64,000 bases of DNA from Planctomycetaceae bacterium (lineage in GTDB: Bacteria > Planctomycetota > Planctomycetia > Pirellulales > UBA1268): contig JAJTED010000019.1 in NCBI GenBank assembly GCA_021300535.1, positions 6,367 through 70,366 on the forward strand. Direction: 5' to 3'. A model generated the notes under the pieces. It was not told the origin of the DNA and did not search any database. It saw only the letters and a program-made list of their open reading frames with translations. This document shows, in pieces, positions 48,225 through 56,596 of the stretch; within the stretch, counting starts at the first letter, position 1; every line of letters begins with the position of its first letter. A program made the translations under genes and the position numbers.

Positions 48225-49044
48225 CCCGCCTCATCTCGACTGGCCGCCCGCCGGCGGTCCGTGCCCCCTCTCGCGCCGCCGGGGCTGCGGCGTTCACGCT
48301 CGTCGAACTCTTGATCGTGGTCGCGATCATGGCCACGCTCATCGGCCTGCTCCTGCCGGCCGTGACGGCCGCCCGCGAGGCCGCCCGCAGGGCGGCCTGC
48401 TCCAACAACGTGCTCCAGCTCGGCCTCGCGCTGCACAACTACGAGTTTCATCGCGAGGCGTTTCCGGCGGGCGTCACCGACGCGGCCGGCCCGATCAAGA
48501 GCCTGCCCGAGGGGCGGCACGTGAGCTGGATCGTCCGCATCCTGCCCTACCTCGAGGAGCAGGCCCTGGCGAGGCATTTCAAGGAAGCCGACGGGGCCTA
48601 CGCCGCCGGCAACGCCCCGGTGGTGGCGACCGTGATTCCCACGCTCACCTGCCCGTCGTCGAGCGCCATGAGCGTCGAGCAGTGGCGAGTGCCGCGCGTG
48701 GCGGAACCGGCCCCGGACGATTCGCTGGACGATCTGCCGCGCGAGATTCCGCAGCCGCGCCGGGTGGCCGTGTCACATTACGCGGGGAGCCATCACGACG
48801 TCGAAGCGCCGATCGCGGCCGACAACCACGGCATGCTGTTTCTGAACAGCGCCGTGCGGTTCAAGGACATCGAGGACGGCAGTTCCCGCACGCTCCTGCT
48901 CGCTTTCACATGAGTGGCATCTGCGTCTCGGCCATGGCGGACGGTGGCGTGCGACAGTTCACCCCCGACATCGACCCCGACCTCCTCCGGCAACTCGGGC
49001 ATCGGGCGGACGGCGAGATTCCCAAAGACGACGGCGCCTGGTGA
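48221..49044 (+). pseudogene. DUF1559 (H-X9-DG) prepilin-like protein, frame-broken and lacking its central block
   Basis: The N-terminal frame has AFTLVELLIVVAIMATLIGLLLPAV, NNVLQLGLALHNY, LPYLEEQ, CPSS and DGSSRTLLLAF, then a stop at 48911-48913. The C-terminal end, SGICVSAMADGGVRQFTPDID...GEIP, is in the frame of ORF 48682..49044. Confidence 0.7.
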
Positions 49045-49066
49045 TCCGTGGCTTCGTGCGCCGGCG

Positions 49067-49900
49067 TCACGCCGAAAGAAACTCGTCGAGCGCTTCCCGG
49101 AGCATGTCGGTGTCGGCCTCGAGGCCGGTGAGGGCGTGAAAGTCGATCGCCGTGCGGGTGGCGTGCACCTCGATGCCGTCGACGACGCAGGCGCCGGCCG
49201 CGGCGGCCTGTGCGGCCAGCGCGGTCGGCCGCGTGGCCAGGCCGCTCTCCACGAGCACGAGATCGGCCCGCAGGCCGCCGCACCGCACGGAGCCTGCCGC
49301 GGGGTCGAGCGCGTGGACGACGATCGCGGTCTCGGCGGGCAGTTCCGGCGCGGCGGTCCACTCGATTCGCGCGGCGGTTGCGGTGGCCAGGCCCGTGAGC
49401 GACTCCACGAGGGCGTCGGCCCGGGCGGGATCGGGATCGCCGATGGCGAGGTGCGCCGCGCCCGCCAGCGCCAGTTCGAGCGCCGCCGCCCGGCCGACCG
49501 GGCCGGCGCCGAGCACGACGGCCCGACTGCCCGCGGGCTCGATGTGGCCGCGGAGCGCCTCGATGATGCCGCGGCCCTCGGTCATGTGGCCGGCCATCCC
49601 GCCGGCTTCGTCGCGGGTCACGAGATTGACGGCGCCGGAGAACGTCGCGGCGGGGCTTGTCGTGGATACCAGCGGCAGCGCGGCCGCCGGCAGCAGGCCG
49701 CCGAGCAGGCCGCCGCGAAGGCCGAGCGCGGCGATCCCGGCCAGCGCCTCGGCGAGCCGCTCCGGCGGCACCTCGAACGTGAGAAACCGCCAGTCGAGTC
49801 CGGCCTCCACGATCGCCCGCTCGAACAGATACTGCGCTGGATTGCCGGCCGCGGGCGCCGCCAGCAGGGCGATCACTTCCTGGAGCGCCGGACTGGTCAT
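49067..49900 (-). CDS. shikimate dehydrogenase family protein, divergent
   Basis: The overall AroE layout is present (N-terminal substrate domain; SGAVNLV...GHMTEGRG for GAvNT...G.NTDg.G; Rossmann VVLGAGPVGRAAALEL). However, the usual NVTxPxK block is degenerate. Confidence 0.55.
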   Translation of the reverse strand: MTSPALQEVIALLAAPAAGNPAQYLFERAIVEAGLDWRFLTFEVPPERLAEALAGIAALGLRGGLLGGLLPAAALPLVSTTSPAATFSGAVNLVTRDEAGGMAGHMTEGRGIIEALRGHIEPAGSRAVVLGAGPVGRAAALELALAGAAHLAIGDPDPARADALVESLTGLATATAARIEWTAAPELPAETAIVVHALDPAAGSVRCGGLRADLVLVESGLATRPTALAAQAAAAGACVVDGIEVHATRTAIDFHALTGLEADTDMLREALDEFLSA

Positions 49901-49943
49901 GCGGGTGATGTCCGGCGGAGCCGATGGGCGGCGGAGCGCGTCG

Positions 49944-50516
49944 TCAGACGGTCACGTGGGTCGCGGCCTGGAACCGGGGGTCGGTGCGGATCGGGTCGAA
50001 GTCACGTTCGGTCCCGGTCAGGTCGCGGTAGCGGTCGTCGAGCGCGATGGCCTGGGTGAGGTTCTCGATCGCGGCCGGCACGTCGCCCGCCAGCGAGTGG
50101 TAGCAGGCGAGGTTGTACAGCACGATCGCCTGCTTTGGCGACGCATCCCGGCCGCGTTCCAGCGCGCGGATCGCCTCGTCCAGCCGGCCCAGCCGTTTCA
50201 AGCACCATCCCAGACCGAGCCAGGCCTCGAGCCGGCCGGTCGCCGCCTCCGCGGCCCGGGTGAGCGGGGTGACCGCGCGGTCCCACTCTCCCAGGGCGCG
50301 GAGGGCCTCGCCTTCCAGCAGGCTGGCGTCGGGATGGCTGCGGGCCTCGGCGGGGAGTTCGGCGAGGGTGTCGAGGGCCCGGAGCAGCAGGCGACGGGCG
50401 GACGGGGGCACCAGACCCTCGCCGTCCACGAGCAGTTCACCCAGTTCCACGTAGCCGGCGGCGTGGCGAAGGATCATCTGGCGACGCACCCGGGGAAAGG
50501 CGGTCTCGGCAGTCAT
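49944..50516 (-). CDS. tetratricopeptide (TPR) repeat protein
   Basis: Repeats of the W..LG.....G....A...........P.....YNLA type. The start is set at MTAETAF (50516). Confidence 0.6.
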   Translation of the reverse strand: MTAETAFPRVRRQMILRHAAGYVELGELLVDGEGLVPPSARRLLLRALDTLAELPAEARSHPDASLLEGEALRALGEWDRAVTPLTRAAEAATGRLEAWLGLGWCLKRLGRLDEAIRALERGRDASPKQAIVLYNLACYHSLAGDVPAAIENLTQAIALDDRYRDLTGTERDFDPIRTDPRFQAATHVTV

Positions 50517-50729
50517 GACTGTGCAACTCCTCGGCGGCTGCCGGGGGGAGACGCGGAGCCGCTCGGGACGGAAGGCGAACCGGAAAAGTCTAGCCCGCCT
50601 GCCGCCGCCGCCCAATCCACTCTGGTGTCCCGACAACACTGCTCGTTATCTACGGCCGCCGGGCCCAAATGGGTCGCAGCATGCGAAAACATGCCACCCG
50701 AGCATGATGTGGAGCCCCATTCATTCCCA

Positions 50730-50831
50730 CCCTCTCCCTGTGGGAGAGGGCCGGGGTGAGGGTGCCGGGATCCGCGCAGCGTCGTCAGCACCCTCACCCG
50801 GCCTGCGGCCGGCCTCTCCCCGAGGGAGAGG
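50730..50831. repeat. about 100-bp imperfect palindromic intergenic element
   Basis: Left arm ccctctccc-tgt-gggagaggg-ccggggtgagggtgc. Right arm gcaccctcacccgg...cctctccc-cga-gggagagg. Each arm also contains its own hairpin. Confidence 0.6.
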
Positions 50832-50962
50832 CGAGATGTCCCAGGCGGACACGCGTCAAATGTCCGGGATTTTTTCCGAGCCCGCACGAAAACCGGCCGC
50901 GGGCGCCACTGTTTCTTCCGGAGGGCGTCGCCGCCCGCCGCACATTCTTCCGGAGCCCGACG

Positions 50963-53263
50963 ATGCGTCTGACACTTCGCACCCTCCTGGCCTGGCTCGA
51001 CACCGTCCTGCCGCCGGCCGAACAGCAGGCGCTCGGGGAGAAGGTCGCGGTCAGCCCGATCGCCCCGCAGCTGATCGCCCGGATCCGCGACGTCGTGGAG
51101 CGGCCCGTGCTGGCCGCACCGCGGCCCGATGCCCGCGGGATCGCCGACGATGCCAACTCTGTCGCCGAGTATCTCGATAACACGCTGCCGGCGGATCGGC
51201 TGGAGACCTTCGAGCGGATCTGCATCGAGTCGGACATGCACCTGGCGGAAGTGGCGGCCTGCCACGGCATCCTCGCCGAGATCGCCCATGATCCGGAGGC
51301 GGCCGGCCCGCTCGATCCTGCCAGCCGCCGCCGGCTGCTGGAGGCGATCCGCCGACACATGCAAACTCACCACGGTGATCCGGAGCACGAGGCCGCCGTC
51401 TCCCTGGCCCGCAATCTGCGGGCGACGCTCGTGGCCGGCGGTGACGGCGAGCTGTGTGATACGGTGCTGGGAAGTCTGCCCGTCACGCAGCCGCGTCCGG
51501 CGAACGGTCCGCGGCAGCGGGCGCCCGTGGCGGCCTGGCTCTCGGCTGCGGTCGCCCTGCTGCTCTTGGTGGGGCTGGGAGGATTTCTCGTCTGGTCGCT
51601 GGGGCGTGATCGGGGCCGCAAGGTCGCCGCCCGGCCCGCTCCGCCGCCGGCGGTCGTCGCGGCCGAGCCGCGAGATGCGGTGCCGCAGCCGAGAGCGGAG
51701 CCTGCCGCTGCCCCCGCGGCGCCATCTGCGGAAGACGAGGCGGCTGCACCGCCCGTGGCTGCCGCGCTACCCTCCCCCGCCGCGGCCGAGCCGGCCAAGG
51801 TGCTTCCATCCGAGCCGGCGCCTCCGCTGGCAGGAACGGCCGCCGCCCCAGCGGCCGCCACGGTTCCGCCGCCACCCGCCGTGCCTGCTCCGCCCGCGGC
51901 CGAGCCGCCGCGGGTGCCGCAGGGGGATGCGCTGGCGATCGTCGCACCGGCGCCATCAGGCGAGCCTGCCGCGCGCGTGCCGCCGCCCGCCGTCGGCCTG
52001 CCGCCCGCGGCCGACGCACCGGCCGACGCACCGGCCGACGCACCGGCCGACGATGACGCCGGATTCGTGAGCGGCGCCGGGCTGCTGCTCCACAAAGCCG
52101 CGGCGGATCCGGCGGTGCATGGCCACTCCGGATGGGTGGCGGTGCCGCAGAATCGCCCGTTGGCACCGCGGGAGGATCTGATCGCGCCGCCGTTCTGCCG
52201 GCCCGAGGTGAGCGTGGGCGGCGTCACGATCCGCCTCGAGCCCAACACGCGGGCCACGCTCACGCACGACGCCGATGGCACGCCACGGCTGGAAGTGGTC
52301 TTCGGTCGGGCCATCGTGCGGTCGAGCGCGGCCGAGCCGCGGCTGGGCATCACGGCCGGCGGCCTCGTGGGCGTGGTGACCGACGGCTTGCGGGCGCCGC
52401 TGGGCATCGAAGTGACGCTCGAACAGACCCCGGGCGCCGACCCGGCGACGACGTCGGCCCGGGTGAGGGCCGTGGTCGCGACGACCAATTCGGGCATCGC
52501 GTGGCGGCAGTCGCAGACCGACGGCACGGCGGCCGTGCAGCCGCTGCAGGGCACGGCGGCGCAGGGCGTGCTGGAGAAAGGCAGCCGGTTGGCATGGGAC
52601 AGCCTCGATCCCGGCGGCGTCGCCGTGCAGGCGCGGCGCGAACTGCCCGACTGGCTTGCGGGCACAGCCCGTCCAGACCGGCTGGAGCAGGCGGCCGCCG
52701 AGGCACTCGCTGGCAAGGCCACTTCCGATCCGATCGAGAAGGGGCTGCGGGAACTGGCCGACGACCGGCGGGCGGAGAACCGCGTCGCGGCCGTCGCCAC
52801 GCTGGCGTTGCTCGGCGACTACGACGAGTTCGTGGCCCTGCTCTCGGCCGAGTCGGTGGCCCGCAAGTTGGAAGACCGGCAGTGGAGCCGGCTGGTGGAC
52901 ATGACCGTGCCGCTGGCCCTGGCCCGCGGGGCCAATGCCGCGGCCCGGCTCGGGCAGGCCTTCGAGACGCGCGGACCGGCGGGCAAGGGGGCGGAATTGT
53001 TCGCGATCGCCCGCGGCTTCGACGACGCCACGCTCGAGGCCAGTGGCGCCGCGCAGCTCGTCGCCGCCCTCGACGCGCCGGAGCTCGTGGTGCGCCGGTT
53101 CGCGATCCGGGGTCTGCTGGAGGTCGTCCAGCCCGCGGAGGCCGACCGGGCGCGGTATCGGCCGGATCGTTCGCAGGACCTGCGCCGAGAGAGCGTCGCC
53201 TGGTGGCGGAAGCAGCTTGCCGACGGACGCATCCGCCGCGCGGCGGGCGGGGCGGCACCATGA
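50963..53263 (+). CDS. large membrane-anchored Pro/Ala-rich protein with a conserved N-terminal anti-sigma-like (zf-HC2-like) region and C-terminal HEAT-like repeats
   Basis: N-terminus MRLTLRTLLAWLDTVLPPAEQQALGEKVAVSPIAPQLIARIRDV, TM helix AWLSAAVALLLLVGLGGFLVW, about 150 aa of P/A-rich linker, then a globular C-terminal part. Confidence 0.55.
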   Translation: MRLTLRTLLAWLDTVLPPAEQQALGEKVAVSPIAPQLIARIRDVVERPVLAAPRPDARGIADDANSVAEYLDNTLPADRLETFERICIESDMHLAEVAACHGILAEIAHDPEAAGPLDPASRRRLLEAIRRHMQTHHGDPEHEAAVSLARNLRATLVAGGDGELCDTVLGSLPVTQPRPANGPRQRAPVAAWLSAAVALLLLVGLGGFLVWSLGRDRGRKVAARPAPPPAVVAAEPRDAVPQPRAEPAAAPAAPSAEDEAAAPPVAAALPSPAAAEPAKVLPSEPAPPLAGTAAAPAAATVPPPPAVPAPPAAEPPRVPQGDALAIVAPAPSGEPAARVPPPAVGLPPAADAPADAPADAPADDDAGFVSGAGLLLHKAAADPAVHGHSGWVAVPQNRPLAPREDLIAPPFCRPEVSVGGVTIRLEPNTRATLTHDADGTPRLEVVFGRAIVRSSAAEPRLGITAGGLVGVVTDGLRAPLGIEVTLEQTPGADPATTSARVRAVVATTNSGIAWRQSQTDGTAAVQPLQGTAAQGVLEKGSRLAWDSLDPGGVAVQARRELPDWLAGTARPDRLEQAAAEALAGKATSDPIEKGLRELADDRRAENRVAAVATLALLGDYDEFVALLSAESVARKLEDRQWSRLVDMTVPLALARGANAAARLGQAFETRGPAGKGAELFAIARGFDDATLEASGAAQLVAALDAPELVVRRFAIRGLLEVVQPAEADRARYRPDRSQDLRRESVAWWRKQLADGRIRRAAGGAAP

Positions 53264-53460
53264 TGCCGCAATTCCGCGCTCGGACGCGGTGAATACGCCC
53301 CGCGTTTGTGGCTGCCTGCGGGCTGGTGATATGCTGCCCGGTCAGGTGCACGGGCCGCCGGTCCGGGCCCCTGTCGGTCCCGGCCCGCGGGTCGGGGGTC
53401 CATCGTCATGCTTCGCAACCTGCAGCCCACCACTGCCCAGCATCGAGGGGTTTTTTCAGC

Positions 53461-53781
53461 GTGCAGATCAACGTTTCGGCCCGTCACGGCAGCTTGAGCC
53501 CCGCCTCGCAATCGAAGATCGCCTCCAAAGTGTCGCGGCTGAAGCGGTATTTCGACCGCCTCACCGCCCTGGAGGTGACCGTCGATCTGCACAACAGCTC
53601 CCTGCCGGCGGTGGAGATCGTCGCCAAGGCGGAGCACTTTCACGATCTGGTCAGCCACGAGCACGCCGCCCAGTTGTGGCGGAGCGTGGACGGCGCGGTG
53701 CAGAAGATGGAGCAGCAGCTTCGCAAGCACAAGGAAAAGGTTCGCGACCACAAGCACGTGCAGTCGCAACGCCACTCCTGA
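53461..53781 (+). CDS. hpf: ribosome hibernation promoting factor (HPF/RaiA, short form)
   Basis: VQINVSARHGSLSPASQSKI..KV.RL.RYFDRLTALEVTV...AE...HA...L..SVD....K.E.QLRKHK pattern. The GTG start at 53461 follows a gagggg SD. Confidence 0.8.
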   Translation: MQINVSARHGSLSPASQSKIASKVSRLKRYFDRLTALEVTVDLHNSSLPAVEIVAKAEHFHDLVSHEHAAQLWRSVDGAVQKMEQQLRKHKEKVRDHKHVQSQRHS

Positions 53782-53820
53782 CCCATCAACGACACGCACC
53801 TCCGCGGAACGGCACGCAGC

Positions 53821-54297
53821 ATGAAGTTCTCCGATTTTGTGGCCACCGACGCGATCCGCTCGCGGGTCACGGCCTCCTCCAAGGAAGAGGTGATCCGCGA
53901 GATGGCGCAGGCTCTCGTCGATGCGGGGCGGATCGCAGCCGGCGATCTGGAGAGCATCGTCAAGGCGATCATGAAGCGCGAGGATCTGGGCAGCACCGGG
54001 ATCGGTCGGGGCGTGGCGGTGCCCCACACGAAGCATCCGAGCGTCAGCCGGCTGGTGGGCACGGTGGCGGTGAGTCCGGCGGGGATCGAGTTCGAGAGCC
54101 TCGACGGCGAGCCCGTGCATCTGTTCTTCCTGCTGGTGTCTCCGCCAGATCGTCCCGGCGACCACCTGCGGGCATTGGAGAACATCTCGCGGCAGTTGCG
54201 CGACGACGGGTTCTGCAAGCTGCTCAAGGCGGCCAAGGGGCCGGTCGAGATCCAGGCCCTGCTGGAAGAGGCCGACAGTCACGGTGTGGCCTCGTGA
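53821..54297 (+). CDS. ptsN: PTS IIA-type nitrogen regulatory protein PtsN
   Basis: EDLGSTGIGRGVAVPHTK (phospho-His region) and HLFFLLVSP...HLRAL are typical of the EIIA-Ntr/fructose family. Confidence 0.85.
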   Translation: MKFSDFVATDAIRSRVTASSKEEVIREMAQALVDAGRIAAGDLESIVKAIMKREDLGSTGIGRGVAVPHTKHPSVSRLVGTVAVSPAGIEFESLDGEPVHLFFLLVSPPDRPGDHLRALENISRQLRDDGFCKLLKAAKGPVEIQALLEEADSHGVAS

Positions 54298-54304
54298 GGA
54301 AGCG

Positions 54305-54613
54305 ATGAGTCGGGAAGCCGTGAGCCAGGAGACGCTGTCGCGGGAGGTGGTGGTGGCCAACAGCCAGGGTTTGCACGCCCGGCCGGCCGACATGCTCGCC
54401 CGCGAGGCGCGGAAGTGGCAGTCACGAATCGAGCTGGTGGCCGACGCCCAGCGAGCGGACGGCAAGAGCATCCTCGAGGTGCTCACGCTCGCCGCCGAGG
54501 CGGGCACGCGGCTGGTGGTGGAGGCGACGGGGCCCGACGCGCGGCAGGCGCTCGAGGCCATCGGCAGTCTCTTCGAGCGCAGGTTTAACGAACAAAACGA
54601 TCAGGAATCCTGA
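54305..54613 (+). CDS. ptsH: HPr family phosphocarrier protein (HPr/NPr)
   Basis: NSQGLHARPA (His-15 region) and GKSILEVLTLAA (Ser-46 region context). Confidence 0.85.
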   Translation: MSREAVSQETLSREVVVANSQGLHARPADMLAREARKWQSRIELVADAQRADGKSILEVLTLAAEAGTRLVVEATGPDARQALEAIGSLFERRFNEQNDQES

Positions 54614-54824
54614 CCGGCGGTGATCGGGCAGGGGCCGGCCACGGCCCCCGGTCGCGGCGGTCGCATGAACGACGACACAACACGAGGAGCCGCTCCCCGC
54701 CGCCTGGCGCGGGCCCCGGGATCCGCATCGCATGCCTGCTGCCGCACCGGTCTTCCGGCCACGGCAGCGTGCCGTCGCGATCTCCCGGTCGGCCATCGCA
54801 GCCAGCGGACGCGAGGCGCCCGCC

Positions 54825-56564
54825 ATGCTGAAACTTCAGGGAATCGCCGTCTCGCCCGGCGTCACGATCGGCGAGGCTCTCGTGCTCGACGCCGAGGGGT
54901 TCCGCATCCCGCGGCGGTTCGTGGAGCGGAGCGCCGTCGACACGGAGCTGGCCCGGCTTGCCGCCGCCGTCGCCGAGGCGACGCGTGAGATCGAGCGGAA
55001 CCGCGACGCGATCCGCTCCGAGCTCGGCGACCAGTATGCGGCCATCTTCGAGGCCCATCTGGCGATGCTCCACGACGAGCGTCTGCAGCAGGAGCTGACC
55101 AGCGCCGTCCGCGACCGCAACTGGTGGCCTGAATACGCCGTGAGCCGCACGCTCCGCCGCTACGCCAAGGCCTTCCAAAACCTCGACAACCACATCGCCC
55201 AGCGGGCCCACGACATCTACGACGTGGAGAAGAGCCTGCTGCGGGCGCTCCTCGGCCAGCGGCGGGAAACGCTGGCCTCGATCTCGCAGCCGGTGGTGGT
55301 GCTAGCCCACAACCTCACCCCGAGCGAGACGGCCAACCTCGACCGCCGGCTGGTGAAGGGCTTCGCCACCGAGCTCGGCGGCCCCGGCAGCCATACGGCG
55401 ATCGTGGCCGAGGGGCTGGAGATTCCGGCCGTGGTCGGCATCGGGCCGTTCCTGGCCGACGTGTCCGGCGGGGAGCCGGTGATTCTCGACGGCAATCAGG
55501 GGGTGGTGATCCTCCAGCCCGACGAGGAGACGATCGCCCGCTATCGGCAGGAGCTCGAGGCCGCCAAGAGCGTCGCTGCCCGGCTCGGCGCGCTCCGCGA
55601 CCTGCCCGCGGAGACGACCGACGGCGTCCGCGTGCAGATCACCGGCAACATCGAGTTTCCGGACGAGGCCGAGCACTGCCTCGCCCGGGGCTGCGACGGC
55701 ATCGGCCTGTACCGCACGGAGTTTCTCTATCTCACGAGCAAGCGGGAGCCGACCGAGGAGGACCACTTCGCGGCCTACCGCGCGGTGGTCGAGGCGATGG
55801 CCGGCCGGCCGGTGGTGATCCGCACGCTCGACCTCGGCGCCGACAAGATGCTCACCGAGACGCGGCCCGAGGAGGAGCGAAATCCCTGCCTCGGCCTGCG
55901 GAGCATCCGCCTCTCGCTGCGGCAGCTGCCGATCTTTCGCACCCAGCTCCGGGCCATCCTCCGGGCCAGCGCGCTGGGTGACGTGCGGGTGATGTTTCCG
56001 CTCGTCTCTACGATCGTGGAGCTGCGGCAGGCGCGGATGGTGCTCGCCGACGTGATGGAGGATCTCGCCGAGCACGGCATCGCGTTCAATCCGAAGATGC
56101 CGGTGGGGATGATGGTGGAGACGCCCGCCGCCGTGATGATGCTCGACGTCTTCATCAAGGAGGTCGACTTCGTCTCCATCGGCACCAACGACCTGATCCA
56201 GTACACCCTGGCGGTCGATCGGGGCAACAAGGAGGTTGCGGAACTGTACAACGCCTGCGATCCGGCGGTCCTGCGGCTGCTCAGCCGCTCGCTGGACGTG
56301 GCGCGGGAGGCCGGCGTGCCGGCCAATGTGTGCGGTCAGATGAGCGGCAGCGTGATGTTCACGCAGCTGCTTCTGGGCTTGGGGCTCCGGCAGCTCAGCG
56401 TGCCGGCCAGCGCCATCCCGGAGGTGAAGCAGGTGTGCCGAAGCGTTTCGGTCGCCGACTGCCGCGTGATCGCCGAGAAGGCGCTGGCGATGGACGGGGC
56501 GCGGGAGGTGAAGGCCTACCTGCGCGACCAGATGCGTCGCCTGCTCGCCCAGACGGTCGCCTAG
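54825..56564 (+). CDS. ptsI: phosphoenolpyruvate-protein phosphotransferase (Enzyme I)
   Basis: LQGIAVSPGV, GGPGSHTAIVAEGLEIPAVVG (phospho-His), GLYRTEFLY, SIGTNDLIQYTLAVDR and CGQMSG. At 579 aa it is full length. Confidence 0.9.
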   Translation: MLKLQGIAVSPGVTIGEALVLDAEGFRIPRRFVERSAVDTELARLAAAVAEATREIERNRDAIRSELGDQYAAIFEAHLAMLHDERLQQELTSAVRDRNWWPEYAVSRTLRRYAKAFQNLDNHIAQRAHDIYDVEKSLLRALLGQRRETLASISQPVVVLAHNLTPSETANLDRRLVKGFATELGGPGSHTAIVAEGLEIPAVVGIGPFLADVSGGEPVILDGNQGVVILQPDEETIARYRQELEAAKSVAARLGALRDLPAETTDGVRVQITGNIEFPDEAEHCLARGCDGIGLYRTEFLYLTSKREPTEEDHFAAYRAVVEAMAGRPVVIRTLDLGADKMLTETRPEEERNPCLGLRSIRLSLRQLPIFRTQLRAILRASALGDVRVMFPLVSTIVELRQARMVLADVMEDLAEHGIAFNPKMPVGMMVETPAAVMMLDVFIKEVDFVSIGTNDLIQYTLAVDRGNKEVAELYNACDPAVLRLLSRSLDVAREAGVPANVCGQMSGSVMFTQLLLGLGLRQLSVPASAIPEVKQVCRSVSVADCRVIAEKALAMDGAREVKAYLRDQMRRLLAQTVA

Positions 56565-56596
56565 GGCGGCCGACAACCAGGAAAGGGACGATACGG

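Noticed and set aside
53264-53460. Sigma-54 type promoter upstream of hpf-ptsN
   Set aside because: No TGGCAC-N5-TTGC-like element is visible in the 200-bp upstream region.
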